64,000 nt of DNA from contig JACPTG010000004.1 in the NCBI GenBank assembly GCA_016192905.1, forward strand, positions 173,734-237,733. Reading direction: 5' to 3'. The stretch is from Candidatus Woesearchaeota archaeon (lineage in GTDB: Archaea > Nanobdellota > Nanobdellia > Woesearchaeales > UBA10216). Below the pieces are notes generated by a model. It made no database searches. It saw only the letters and a list, made by a program, of their open reading frames with translations, and was not told the DNA's origin. Shown here in pieces: positions 18,002 to 27,094 of the stretch; within the stretch, counting starts at the first letter, position 1; each line of letters opens with the position of its first letter. The translations under genes were made by a program, and so were the position numbers.

Positions 18002-20397
18002 CGCTGCTTCAAGATGTCCTTGACAAGCTCAACCACTTCAGGATATTCTTCAGGGTGAAGCATCCCTGTATGGAACGTCCTCACGCCTGAGCAGTTCCCT
18101 GAAACGTAGAAATTATCCGCGAAAGGCAGGTATGCGCTGGATGCCTTCACCACGCCATCCCCGTCCTCGCCAACTGTCCTGCAGCCTGTTCCCACAATGT
18201 TGTAAACAGGAATTCCCGGAGGCGGGCTGGCAGCAAGCTTTCTCATGAAAAAAGAGCCCGCTTCCATATCCCGGCACTCCTTCTCCTCGCCAAAAAACCC
18301 GCAAATCTGGCTTTCAGTTGAATTGATGCCCTGGTTTGGTGTGCCAAGCATAATCAGGGCTGCAACAGAGCCATCGCCAAAAATACTCATATAACTCCTT
18401 GAGACCAGGCCGCCCATTGAATGGGCAACGATAACAACCTTATCCCTGCCGGTGCGCCTCTTAACAACCTCAACAAGGTCCCGCAGCCTAACAGCAAGGG
18501 CTGTTATTTCCTGGCTTGGCCGCCTAACAGGCTCATAGCCGACCACATCATAATAGTAAGTGACCGCTATGAGAACAGGCTTTCCTGACAAACCCCAGTC
18601 TCCTTCAGAGACGTTCCCGGACTCATAATAAAGGACTCCTGCGTTGACAAATCCCTCCTTCTGAAGCTCACGCTGGATGGGCCCAAAGGCGCTGGCGCTG
18701 AATTCAGGCTGGTTCCTGCTATTGAATGAACGGCCGTGCACTAAAACAACCGGGAAGGTCTGGCTGTCATTCCTGCAGAAAACACAGCAGGGCCTGCACT
18801 GGCCCAGCACGCAGCAGACAGGGTAAGGAGTGTCCAGCGAGAAGTTAACATACTGAAGGCTGACATTGACTGCCTGAACGTCAATGAATGAAAGATTTTG
18901 CCTGCCGAAATTAACCGTGACATCAGGAAGCCCATCACAGTGGTATTTCCTGAATTCAGCTACAGAAGGGCTTAAGTTAAAGGCAAGCCTCAATGCAGGG
19001 TCGGGTGAAAGGGCCTTGTTGAGTGAAAGATTGAATTCTAATTCCTGAAGCGAGGCAATGAATTCAGGCCGGGAAAGCAGGCCGCGCATGTCAAGGTATG
19101 AATAAAGGTAAGGATATGCATCGGAAAAATTTTTTGAAATATTCATCGAATCCAAGACCCTTGTTGAGTAATAAACCTGACCCCAGTAAAATGTGCTCTG
19201 CAGATCCTCTGCATCGGCGCAGGCATAACTCATCAACGAGCTGATGTTTGTGCGGGTGACAGGGGGGTAGTACCTAGGGCCATAATAAGCCGGGCAATAG
19301 CCCTTAACCCTGCAAATGCGGTCCACCTCCCCTGAGAAATTAACCTGGGAATCAGCATAATCAGAGAAAGAGGAAAGGGAATAAGCATGGGCTTCGTCCA
19401 GCTCAGAAAGCAAAAGCTGCTGCTCAGCCAAAACCAGGCTGATGTTTGAATAGTTCCTTATAAACAAACTGTAAGCAGACTGGTTAACAAGGTTTGCAAT
19501 TTCACGCAGCCTTGCCTGCTGGAAAGTGTCGTTAATCTCCACAGCAACCGCGAAATCATCAGAAGCGTTTGTCTCCCCTGAAAGCAGGGTCTCATACTGC
19601 AATAGGCTTTGGTTATAAGCATCCACCAGCAGATTTAGTTCTGAATTAAGGCTAACCACCAAATCCTTGTCAGGCAGAGTGCGGTTTCTGAATTTATCAG
19701 CCAGCAACGCGAATTCCTGCTGGCTCCACAATGTCCTGAAGGACTCAGCTTCAATCAAAAGCTTCTGGACATTATCATTCAAAGCAGACCTGCCCTTTGC
19801 CAGCGAATCAATCCTGGCAGTCTCCTCTGCAAAGGCAAGCCTGGCCTCAAGAACCTGGGCGCCTGAGTAAAACCCGTTCACATCCCCAAGGTAAGAAGCC
19901 AGAGGCTGCCCAAGCTTTCCCTTAAGCTCAAGCTCCTCAGCAGTGTAGTCATAATTAAGGGTGACAAAAGAGGATGTCACAAACGGGCCATAAGAGGAAG
20001 AGCATCCAAACCGCCCAATGTTCCTGCACGCTGCCTCGAAATTGTACACAAACTGGCCCTGGCCACGCCTGGAAAGACTAAGCGAATAATTCCTAGGAAA
20101 AGCCTCGCCGCGCTTCAGCAGGACCGTGCCGTTATCCAAAACACGGCCTTCACTGGTGTCAACAAACCTGTAGCTGCATTCGGCACTGCAAAGAGTCTTT
20201 GGAAGCGCAACCAATTCAAATGAGGCATTAACCTCATCCCCATAATGCGCCCTGTAACTGGCCTGGGAAGGGCTAACCCTTGCGGAAATATCAGCAGTGC
20301 CGATAACGTTCAACAATACTGCCAGGATAATGGTGGACAAAGCAACAACAACAAACAGCCCTGCAAGGAAAATCTCGCGCTTCCGTGACCTTCGCAT
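17998..20397 (-). CDS. large membrane-anchored extracellular protein with C-terminal alpha/beta-hydrolase (lipase-like) domain
   Basis: 799 aa. N-terminal signal-anchor. More than 20 N-x-S/T sequons. The C-terminus has VLVHGRSFNS…VVIVAHSMGGLV, an AHSMG lipase nucleophile elbow. Confidence 0.65.
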   Translation of the reverse strand: MRRSRKREIFLAGLFVVVALSTIILAVLLNVIGTADISARVSPSQASYRAHYGDEVNASFELVALPKTLCSAECSYRFVDTSEGRVLDNGTVLLKRGEAFPRNYSLSLSRRGQGQFVYNFEAACRNIGRFGCSSSYGPFVTSSFVTLNYDYTAEELELKGKLGQPLASYLGDVNGFYSGAQVLEARLAFAEETARIDSLAKGRSALNDNVQKLLIEAESFRTLWSQQEFALLADKFRNRTLPDKDLVVSLNSELNLLVDAYNQSLLQYETLLSGETNASDDFAVAVEINDTFQQARLREIANLVNQSAYSLFIRNYSNISLVLAEQQLLLSELDEAHAYSLSSFSDYADSQVNFSGEVDRICRVKGYCPAYYGPRYYPPVTRTNISSLMSYACADAEDLQSTFYWGQVYYSTRVLDSMNISKNFSDAYPYLYSYLDMRGLLSRPEFIASLQELEFNLSLNKALSPDPALRLAFNLSPSVAEFRKYHCDGLPDVTVNFGRQNLSFIDVQAVNVSLQYVNFSLDTPYPVCCVLGQCRPCCVFCRNDSQTFPVVLVHGRSFNSRNQPEFSASAFGPIQRELQKEGFVNAGVLYYESGNVSEGDWGLSGKPVLIAVTYYYDVVGYEPVRRPSQEITALAVRLRDLVEVVKRRTGRDKVVIVAHSMGGLVSRSYMSIFGDGSVAALIMLGTPNQGINSTESQICGFFGEEKECRDMEAGSFFMRKLAASPPPGIPVYNIVGTGCRTVGEDGDGVVKASSAYLPFADNFYVSGNCSGVRTFHTGMLHPEEYPEVVELVKDILKQR

Positions 20398-20486
20398 CCA
20401 GACTGGAAGGGGAATCTTTGTTTATAAATGTGTCTGGATTGCCAATAGAAACAATTAAATTACACCCAAAGAAACTGCACTAATAT

Positions 20487-20573
20487 ACGGCAGTGGTCAA
20501 ACGGCATGACAGGAGCTTCCCAAGGCAATGCTGCAAAAAGCTTCTAGTCCGGGTTCAATTCCCGGCTGCCGTA
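20487..20573 (+). tRNA. tRNA-Gly(CCC) with 16-nt intron at canonical position 37/38
   Basis: Acceptor ACGGCAG/CTGCCGT with discriminator A. D-arm GTCA…TGAC. Anticodon stem GGAGC/GCTTC, loop TTCCCAA. T-arm CCGGG-TTCAATT-CCCGG. The intron is AGGCAATGCTGCAAAA. A TATA (tttataaatg) lies upstream. Confidence 0.7.
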
Positions 20574-20634
20574 TGAAACTTGTCCCTTCCCGGCCTTGGG
20601 TTACCTTTAAATCCTCCAAAAGATTACCTGCCTT

Positions 20635-20748
20635 ATGGAAACAGCGGTAGAGCCTGAAAACTGCCCTATATGCGGCAGGTTCATCTCCTATGCAAGGGGC
20701 GACCTCTGCTTTTGCACAAACTGCGGGTACCGGGATGACTGCTGCTAA
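20635..20748 (+). CDS. small Zn-ribbon protein (37 aa)
   Basis: METAVEPENCPICGRFISYARGDLCFCTNCGYRDDCC. Contains CPxCG…CxxC pairs. Below the ORF-track size cutoff. Confidence 0.3.
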   Translation: METAVEPENCPICGRFISYARGDLCFCTNCGYRDDCC

Positions 20749-20873
20749 AATGTCCCTGAAACTGAAAGAGTGGTAAAATGGCAAAGGCCACCTTAGATAA
20801 GCTGTCTGCACCACCAACAAAAAATCACAGTAAACTATATAAAAGAACCAGGGTTTCTTAACAATTGTTAAAA

Positions 20874-21233
20874 ATGATGCGGCTTCCACAGGAGATACAG
20901 GTATGGTATGTGCTGCCTGCATTAAGGAGGGAGCTTGCCATATTGCTGGCGCATTCCACGCCGAGGAAAGAAATAGCAAAAACACTCGGGGTATCAGAAG
21001 CGGCAGTATCCCAATACCTGAGCTCAAAAAGAGGCAACAATGTGGCATTTGACAGGCAGATAATGGGCCAGATAGCAGCCGCAGCCGCGCGGATAAGCAG
21101 AGACAGCAGCCAGGCAATGGCTGAGCTGATAAGGCTGTCAGAGCTGCCGGGCGTAATGCAGGCGATGTGCCGCCTGCATAAAGAACAGGAGCCTTCTGTG
21201 GAGAAGGGCTGCGACATCTGCTTCAGGAGATAA
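20874..21233 (+). CDS. HTH transcriptional regulator with C-terminal Cys cluster
   Basis: HTH segment RKEIAKTLGVSEAAVSQYL. C-terminus …CRLHKEQEPSVEKGCDIC. TATA (ctatataaaag) upstream. Immediately precedes sufB. Confidence 0.55.
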   Translation: MMRLPQEIQVWYVLPALRRELAILLAHSTPRKEIAKTLGVSEAAVSQYLSSKRGNNVAFDRQIMGQIAAAAARISRDSSQAMAELIRLSELPGVMQAMCRLHKEQEPSVEKGCDICFRR

Positions 21234-21234
21234 C

Positions 21235-23652
21235 ATGGCAGAACTAGACCTATTGAATCTGGACTATGAGGACAAATACGGGTTCAGAGACCCTGAAGTC
21301 TACGTCAAAAAACTGCAAAAAGGCCTCTCAGCAGAAGTGGTCCGGGAAATATCAGAAACAAAAGGCGAGCCAGAATGGATGCTCAAATTCCGGCTGAAAG
21401 CGCTTGACATATTTTACAGGAAAAAGATGCCTCAATGGGGCGCAGACCTGTCTGCAATAAACTTTGACGACATCATCTACTACATCAAACCATCTGAGAG
21501 AAAGGCAACAAACTGGGAGGACGTGCCTGAAAAAATCAAGCAGACCTTTGAAAAGCTAGGCATACCCGAGGCTGAGAGAAAATTCCTTGGCGGCTCAGGC
21601 GCGCAGTATGAATCAGAAGTCGTGTACCACAAGCTCAGGGAAGACCTTGAGAAGAAGGGAGTGGTGTTCCTCGACACCGATACCGGCCTGAAGGAGTATG
21701 AAAGCCTGTTCAAGCAGCACTTCGGGACTGTGGTTCCCCCCCACGACAACAAGTTTGCCGCGCTCAACAGCGCAGCATGGAGCGGCGGGAGCTTCATCTA
21801 TGTCCCGAAAAACGTAAAGGTGGACATGCCCCTGCAGGCCTATTTCAGGATAAACGCCCAGAGCATGGGACAGTTTGAAAGGACGCTTATAATGGCAGAT
21901 GAGGGGGCGTCTGTTACATACGTCGAGGCCTGCACAGCCCCCATGTATTCAACCAATTCGCTGCATGCGGCCGTGGTTGAGCTTATCGCAATGAAAAATT
22001 CCAAAATCAGGTACACCACCATACAGAACTGGTCAAGCAATGTGTACAACCTTGTAACAAAAAGGGCATTCGCCTATGAGCATGCATTTGTCGAGTGGAT
22101 TGACGGGAATTTGGGCTGTTTATCCGGCGACGCACAGGTTTTCCTAAACAGTAACCTCAAGCCTATTTCGGAAGTGCAAGCGGGCGATAGCATTTTTGCG
22201 ATGGATGGCTATTTCAATTTAGAAAAGCGAAAGGTTGCCAGCAAAAAATTCAGCGGCAAGCAAAAAATTTTCAAGCTTAAGACACTAAACCACCGTGAAA
22301 TAAAGGCCACTGCAAGCCACCCTTTTCTTATTTTCAGAAAGCTTGGCAAATTCAGCTTTGCTGAATGGACCCCGCTTGATAAGATAAAGATTGGCGACCT
22401 AATCGCCATCTCGGGCCACATCCCCGACTCTGGAGAGCCGTTAAAAATTACGTTTTCAAAAAAAGGCATTAAAGAACTCAAAATCCCCGATGAAACCAAT
22501 GATGATTTGCTATGGCTAATGGGGGTTTACATTGGAGATGGCTATTGCGACAAAAACAGAGTATATTTTGCCGTTCCTGAAACGGACAAGGCCTGCCCCA
22601 AGCTTGTAAGGCTGCTTAAAGAGATTTTCGGAGTTGCCGGGGAAAGGAAGGGGGTCGTCCTTAGAATTGCCTCGGTAGACTTGGTAAGGTTTATCAAGCA
22701 AACTCTTGGGTTCTATGGCACTGCCCAAACCAAACGGATACCTGGCTGGATTTTTACCATTCCAAAATCCCAGCGGCTTGCCCTATTAGACGGATATATA
22801 GCCGCTGATGGATACATCCGCGAAAATCATACAAACATATCCATAACCAGCTCTAACAGGCAGCTTCTTTCCGAAGTGAAAATGCTGGCAATAACCTGCG
22901 GTTTAAACCCGATGAAAATAAGCACATGGACCAGACGGGAGTTAAAGCCCCTTGGCAAGGAAATTAAGGAATATACACACCACTTTCTCTATTTTGGGGA
23001 GGGAAAATTCGAGAAGGACGTTGTTTTCTGTCCAGTTTCAGATATTACCTTCTGCGGCGAAGAGGACACATGGGATATAGAAGTTGAAGACAGCCATAAC
23101 TTTGTCGCAAATGGATTTATTGTTCATAACTCAAATATCACCATGAAGTACCCGAGCGTTTACCTACTCGGAAGAAACGCGAAGGCAGACATACTATCCG
23201 TCGCGTTCGCTGGCAAGGGCCAGCACCAGGATGCTGGCGGAAAGGCGCTTCATTTTGCTCCGGACACCACATCAACAATAATCTCAAAGTCGATAAGCAA
23301 AGGCGGGGGAAGGACCTCATACAGGGGCCTTTTACATGTTGAGAAGGGAGCGACAGGCGTAAAGTCAAACGTGAGATGCGACGCGTTAATACTGGATGAG
23401 GCATCAAGGTCAGACACATATCCGTACATGAAAATCGAGGAGCAGGACACAACCATAACCCATGAGGCGACAGTTGGAAAAATCGGCGAGGACAAGATAT
23501 TCTACCTAATGAGCCGCGGACTGACCGAGCAGCAGGCAATCGCAATGATAGTCCTTGGATTTGTGGAACAGTTCACCAAAGAACTGCCAATGGAATATGC
23601 TGTGGAACTCAACAGGCTGATAAGGCTTGAAATGGCAGGAAGCGTAGGATGA
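21235..23652 (+). CDS. sufB: Fe-S cluster assembly protein SufB, interrupted by an intein
   Basis: N-extein 294 aa (…FVEWIDGNLG) and C-extein (SNITMKYPSVYLLG…EDKIFYLMSRG…) together make ~466 aa of SufB. Confidence 0.9.
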   Translation: MAELDLLNLDYEDKYGFRDPEVYVKKLQKGLSAEVVREISETKGEPEWMLKFRLKALDIFYRKKMPQWGADLSAINFDDIIYYIKPSERKATNWEDVPEKIKQTFEKLGIPEAERKFLGGSGAQYESEVVYHKLREDLEKKGVVFLDTDTGLKEYESLFKQHFGTVVPPHDNKFAALNSAAWSGGSFIYVPKNVKVDMPLQAYFRINAQSMGQFERTLIMADEGASVTYVEACTAPMYSTNSLHAAVVELIAMKNSKIRYTTIQNWSSNVYNLVTKRAFAYEHAFVEWIDGNLGCLSGDAQVFLNSNLKPISEVQAGDSIFAMDGYFNLEKRKVASKKFSGKQKIFKLKTLNHREIKATASHPFLIFRKLGKFSFAEWTPLDKIKIGDLIAISGHIPDSGEPLKITFSKKGIKELKIPDETNDDLLWLMGVYIGDGYCDKNRVYFAVPETDKACPKLVRLLKEIFGVAGERKGVVLRIASVDLVRFIKQTLGFYGTAQTKRIPGWIFTIPKSQRLALLDGYIAADGYIRENHTNISITSSNRQLLSEVKMLAITCGLNPMKISTWTRRELKPLGKEIKEYTHHFLYFGEGKFEKDVVFCPVSDITFCGEEDTWDIEVEDSHNFVANGFIVHNSNITMKYPSVYLLGRNAKADILSVAFAGKGQHQDAGGKALHFAPDTTSTIISKSISKGGGRTSYRGLLHVEKGATGVKSNVRCDALILDEASRSDTYPYMKIEEQDTTITHEATVGKIGEDKIFYLMSRGLTEQQAIAMIVLGFVEQFTKELPMEYAVELNRLIRLEMAGSVG
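22117..23130 (+). mobile_element. SufB intein with LAGLIDADG homing-endonuclease domain (338 aa)
   Basis: Starts CLSGDAQVFL (block A). LAGLIDADG blocks LLWLMGVYIGDGYC and LALLDGYIAADGYI. Ends …VANGFIVHN followed by extein +1 Ser. Confidence 0.85.
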
Positions 23653-24770
23653 TAGAACTCCTTTCTGCCAGGGCAGTTGAAAATGAGGGGTTCTGGCTCA
23701 AGCGGATTAGAAAGGAGGCTGTTTCAGCAATTGAATGCCTAACGCCTGACAAAAGCCTTTCAGACACCGGTCTGGAGGCGGCCAGAATTATTGGACAGCA
23801 GGAAAAGCCCGAGATATCCATTAACGGCGGGGCGGCCGACATCATGCAGCTGGGCCAGGATGAATGGAAAAGGATTTATGAGAATGCGGTAATCAGGCAT
23901 GATGAGGACTTTTTCACTGCGCTCAACACGGCAGTATTCAATGCAGGGACCATGATTTCAGTGCCAAAGGGGGGCAGGGCCGAGATCAACAGGAAAATTG
24001 TCAGCAAGGGGGCATCCATAATAAGGACAGTGATAATGCTAGAGGAAGGCTCAAGCCTGTCCTTCACAGACACAGCGGAGTCTGCGGAAAGAAACTTTTT
24101 CCACAGCGAGGCCATGGAGATAATAATGAAGGAAAATTCCAATTTGGACCTCACATTCATCAACAGCCTGAACAACAACACAGTGTCTGTCTTCAACCGC
24201 AAGGCAGTGCTGGGAGAAAATTCATCCATTTCCTGGAGCACGCTGACATCAGGCTCATCAATTTGCAAAACAAGGCGGCAGACCAGGCTTGCCGGCCAGG
24301 GGGCATCGGTAAAGGATGCCGAGATAATGCTGTCGGCAGGGAGCCAAAGGTTTGACGTAAGGGCGGATATCATCCATGAGGGCAGGCATACACAGAGCAA
24401 TGTGCTGGCAAAAGGGATACTTGCCGGAGAATCGCGCCAGAAAGCGTATGGAAACGTAAACATAAAAGACACAGCAAAAGGGACAAATTCTGTCCTTGAG
24501 GAACATTCAATCATCCTAAGCCCAGGCGCCAAGGCGGACTCAATACCTGGCCTTGAGATAGAAACAAATGATGTAACTGCAAAGCATGCCGCCACATGCA
24601 CGCAGCTTGACGAGGAAAAGCTGTTCTACATAACCAGCAGAGGGGTGTCACCTACCGAGGCACGGAAGCTTGTAACAAGGGGATTCCTGGCCTCAGCCAT
24701 AGGCAAAATGAGCAACAAGGAACTATTAATGGAGAACGCTGAAAAATGGCTACAACACTCAGCCTGCTGA
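23649..24770 (+). CDS. sufD: Fe-S cluster assembly protein SufD
   Basis: 373 aa with a SufBD beta-helix C-terminus (…EEKLFYITSRG…). Its ATGA overlaps the sufB stop. Confidence 0.85.
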   Translation: MIELLSARAVENEGFWLKRIRKEAVSAIECLTPDKSLSDTGLEAARIIGQQEKPEISINGGAADIMQLGQDEWKRIYENAVIRHDEDFFTALNTAVFNAGTMISVPKGGRAEINRKIVSKGASIIRTVIMLEEGSSLSFTDTAESAERNFFHSEAMEIIMKENSNLDLTFINSLNNNTVSVFNRKAVLGENSSISWSTLTSGSSICKTRRQTRLAGQGASVKDAEIMLSAGSQRFDVRADIIHEGRHTQSNVLAKGILAGESRQKAYGNVNIKDTAKGTNSVLEEHSIILSPGAKADSIPGLEIETNDVTAKHAATCTQLDEEKLFYITSRGVSPTEARKLVTRGFLASAIGKMSNKELLMENAEKWLQHSAC

Positions 24771-25966
24771 CCAAAACAAGAAAGGACTTCCCAATACTTG
24801 GAAGAAACGTAAACGGAAAGCCGCTGGCATACCTGGACAACGCAGCAACAAGCCAAAAGCCAAGGCAGGTAATAGAAGCAATTTCAGCATATTATGAAAA
24901 TTACAATGCAAACATACACAGGGGCATACACCGCCTGAGCGAGGAGGCTACAGCGGCATATGAAGAGGCGCATAAGAAGGCCGCGGGCCTCATTGGAGCC
25001 CGGGAAGGGGAAATTATCTTTACCAAGAACACTACGGAATCATTAAACCTGCTGGCTTATTCCATAGGGCTAACCCTAAGGCCCGGGGATGAAATAGTCC
25101 TTACAGAGGCAGAGCACCACAGCAACCTTGTGCCATGGCAGCAGGTAGCCAAAATAACCCAATCGCAGGTGAAATTCGCGCAGGTAAACGAAAAGGGCGA
25201 GCTGGACATGGAGCACTTCCAAAGCCTTGTAACCAGGAATACGCGCATAGTTGCAGCAGCGCATGTGACCAACGCATTTGGCGCAATCAACCCAGTCAAG
25301 GAAATGGCTGAAATAGCGCATTCAGAAGGGGCGCTGATGGTCGTTGATGCAGCCCAGAGCGTGCCGCACATGCCTGTCTCTGCCAGCCAGCTTGGCTGCG
25401 ACTTTATCGCATTCTCCAGCCATAAGATGCTTGGGCCAACCGGGATAGGCGTGCTCTATGGAAGGAAAAGCGAGCTTGAAAAAATGCACCCATTCCTTTA
25501 CGGAGGGGACATGATAAAGGAGGTAAGTTACGAGGAAACCAAGTTCAACGAGCTCCCATGGAAATTCGAAGCAGGAACGCCAAACATATCAGGGGCTATT
25601 GGATTCGGGGCGGCAATAGACTACCTCTGCAAAATAGGGTTGGACAGCGTGCAAAGCCACGAGCAGGCCCTCACCAGACACGCACTAAAAAGACTTGCCG
25701 AGGAGAAAGACGTCCTTGTTTACGGGCCTGAGAAAAGGGCAGGGATAATCTCATTCAACATCGGGAACGTGCACCCGCATGACGCAGCCGCAATACTTGA
25801 CATGGAAGGCATAGCGGTAAGGGCAGGCCACCACTGCGCAATGCCGCTGATGAAAAAAATGGGGTTGCAGGGGACTGTAAGGGCAAGCTTCTACCTCTAC
25901 AATACAAAGGCTGAAATTGGCAGGCTCGCAGAGGCGCTTGAAAAGGTAAGGAAGGTGTTCAAATGA
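24746..25966 (+). CDS. sufS: cysteine desulfurase SufS (class V aminotransferase)
   Basis: 406 aa. …SSHKMLGPTGIGVLYG… (PLP Lys); RAGHHCA (active-site Cys). Confidence 0.92.
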   Translation: MATTLSLLTKTRKDFPILGRNVNGKPLAYLDNAATSQKPRQVIEAISAYYENYNANIHRGIHRLSEEATAAYEEAHKKAAGLIGAREGEIIFTKNTTESLNLLAYSIGLTLRPGDEIVLTEAEHHSNLVPWQQVAKITQSQVKFAQVNEKGELDMEHFQSLVTRNTRIVAAAHVTNAFGAINPVKEMAEIAHSEGALMVVDAAQSVPHMPVSASQLGCDFIAFSSHKMLGPTGIGVLYGRKSELEKMHPFLYGGDMIKEVSYEETKFNELPWKFEAGTPNISGAIGFGAAIDYLCKIGLDSVQSHEQALTRHALKRLAEEKDVLVYGPEKRAGIISFNIGNVHPHDAAAILDMEGIAVRAGHHCAMPLMKKMGLQGTVRASFYLYNTKAEIGRLAEALEKVRKVFK

Positions 25967-26352
25967 ACGCTGAAATATACCAGCAGCACATTCTGGACCA
26001 TTATTCAAACCCGAGGAACCGGAGGGAAATCGAAAATGCTGACTTGCAGTACAGGGACAGCAACCCCCTATGCGGAGATGAGGTTGCCATGTATGCAAAG
26101 CTAAAGGATGGTCTCATGGAGGACTTGAGCTTCATAGGCCGAGGCTGCGCAATCAGCCAGGCTTCAGCATCAATGATCACCGAAGCCCTGAAGGGAGCAA
26201 GCCTCAGCCAGGCTGCCGAAATGGGAAAAGAAGATGTAACAAGAATGCTCATGATACAAATCAGCCCAACAAGGCTCAAATGCGCATTACTGCCGCTAAA
26301 AACACTCCAGGCCGGAATAAGGGTTTACCAAAATGGCGCTGCTCGAAATTAA
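25963..26352 (+). CDS. sufU: SufU/IscU-like sulfur-acceptor/scaffold protein
   Basis: 129 aa. NPLCGDEV, GRGCAISQASASMITE, PTRLKCALL. Confidence 0.78.
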   Translation: MNAEIYQQHILDHYSNPRNRREIENADLQYRDSNPLCGDEVAMYAKLKDGLMEDLSFIGRGCAISQASASMITEALKGASLSQAAEMGKEDVTRMLMIQISPTRLKCALLPLKTLQAGIRVYQNGAARN

Positions 26353-27094
26353 CAACCTAAAAGTACAGGTGGAAGGCCAGGAAATAGTTAAAGATGCAAC
26401 CCTGTCAGTTGAGGCAGGACAGGTGGCGGCCCTGATGGGCCCAAACGGGTCAGGGAAAAGCACGCTGGCATACAGCCTAATGGGGCACCCGAAATACAAG
26501 GTTACATCAGGAAGCATCATCCTTGGAGGAAAGGAAATTACAACTGCAACCCCTACAGAAAGGGCAAAGGCAGGGCTGTTCCTCTCCTTCCAGTACCCAA
26601 GCGAAATACCCGGCGTAAGCGTTGAAAATTTCCTCAGGGAGGCATACAATTCAGTAAGGGAAAAAAAGATTGGAGTGATGGAATTCCACAAGCAGCTTGC
26701 AGAAAACATGGGGCTGCTGGGCATACCTGAAAGCTTTGCAGGAAGGCACATAAACGAAGGGTTCTCAGGAGGGGAAAAGAAGAAGATGGAAATACTGCAG
26801 ATGTCAATACTGGCCCCGAGAATGGCGCTGCTGGACGAAACAGACTCAGGCCTGGACGTGGACGCCCTGAGGACTGTTGCCGAAGGAATAAAAAGGACAC
26901 TCAACCATGAAAGGGGAGTTCTTCTCATCACGCATTACCAGCGAATCCTTGAATACATAAAGCCGGACAAAGTTTATATAATGAAGTCAGGCAGGATAGC
27001 TGCGGCAGGAAACGCAGACCTGTCTGTAATGGTGGAAAAAAAGGGATATGACTGGGTGACTGACAATGGCCACGTTCAAAGCAAAGCTGCTTGA
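26333..27094 (+). CDS. sufC: Fe-S cluster assembly ATPase SufC
   Basis: 253 aa. GPNGSGKSTL, the ABC signature FSGGEKKKMEIL, and LLDETDSGLD. Confidence 0.92.
   Translation: MALLEINNLKVQVEGQEIVKDATLSVEAGQVAALMGPNGSGKSTLAYSLMGHPKYKVTSGSIILGGKEITTATPTERAKAGLFLSFQYPSEIPGVSVENFLREAYNSVREKKIGVMEFHKQLAENMGLLGIPESFAGRHINEGFSGGEKKKMEILQMSILAPRMALLDETDSGLDVDALRTVAEGIKRTLNHERGVLLITHYQRILEYIKPDKVYIMKSGRIAAAGNADLSVMVEKKGYDWVTDNGHVQSKAA

Noticed and set aside
20497-21217. Minus-strand ORFs 20497..21117 and 20858..21217
   Set aside because: They are antisense to the tRNA-Gly, the Zn-ribbon mini-ORF and the HTH regulator. They are Cys/Leu-rich and low complexity. Judged to be non-coding shadow ORFs.
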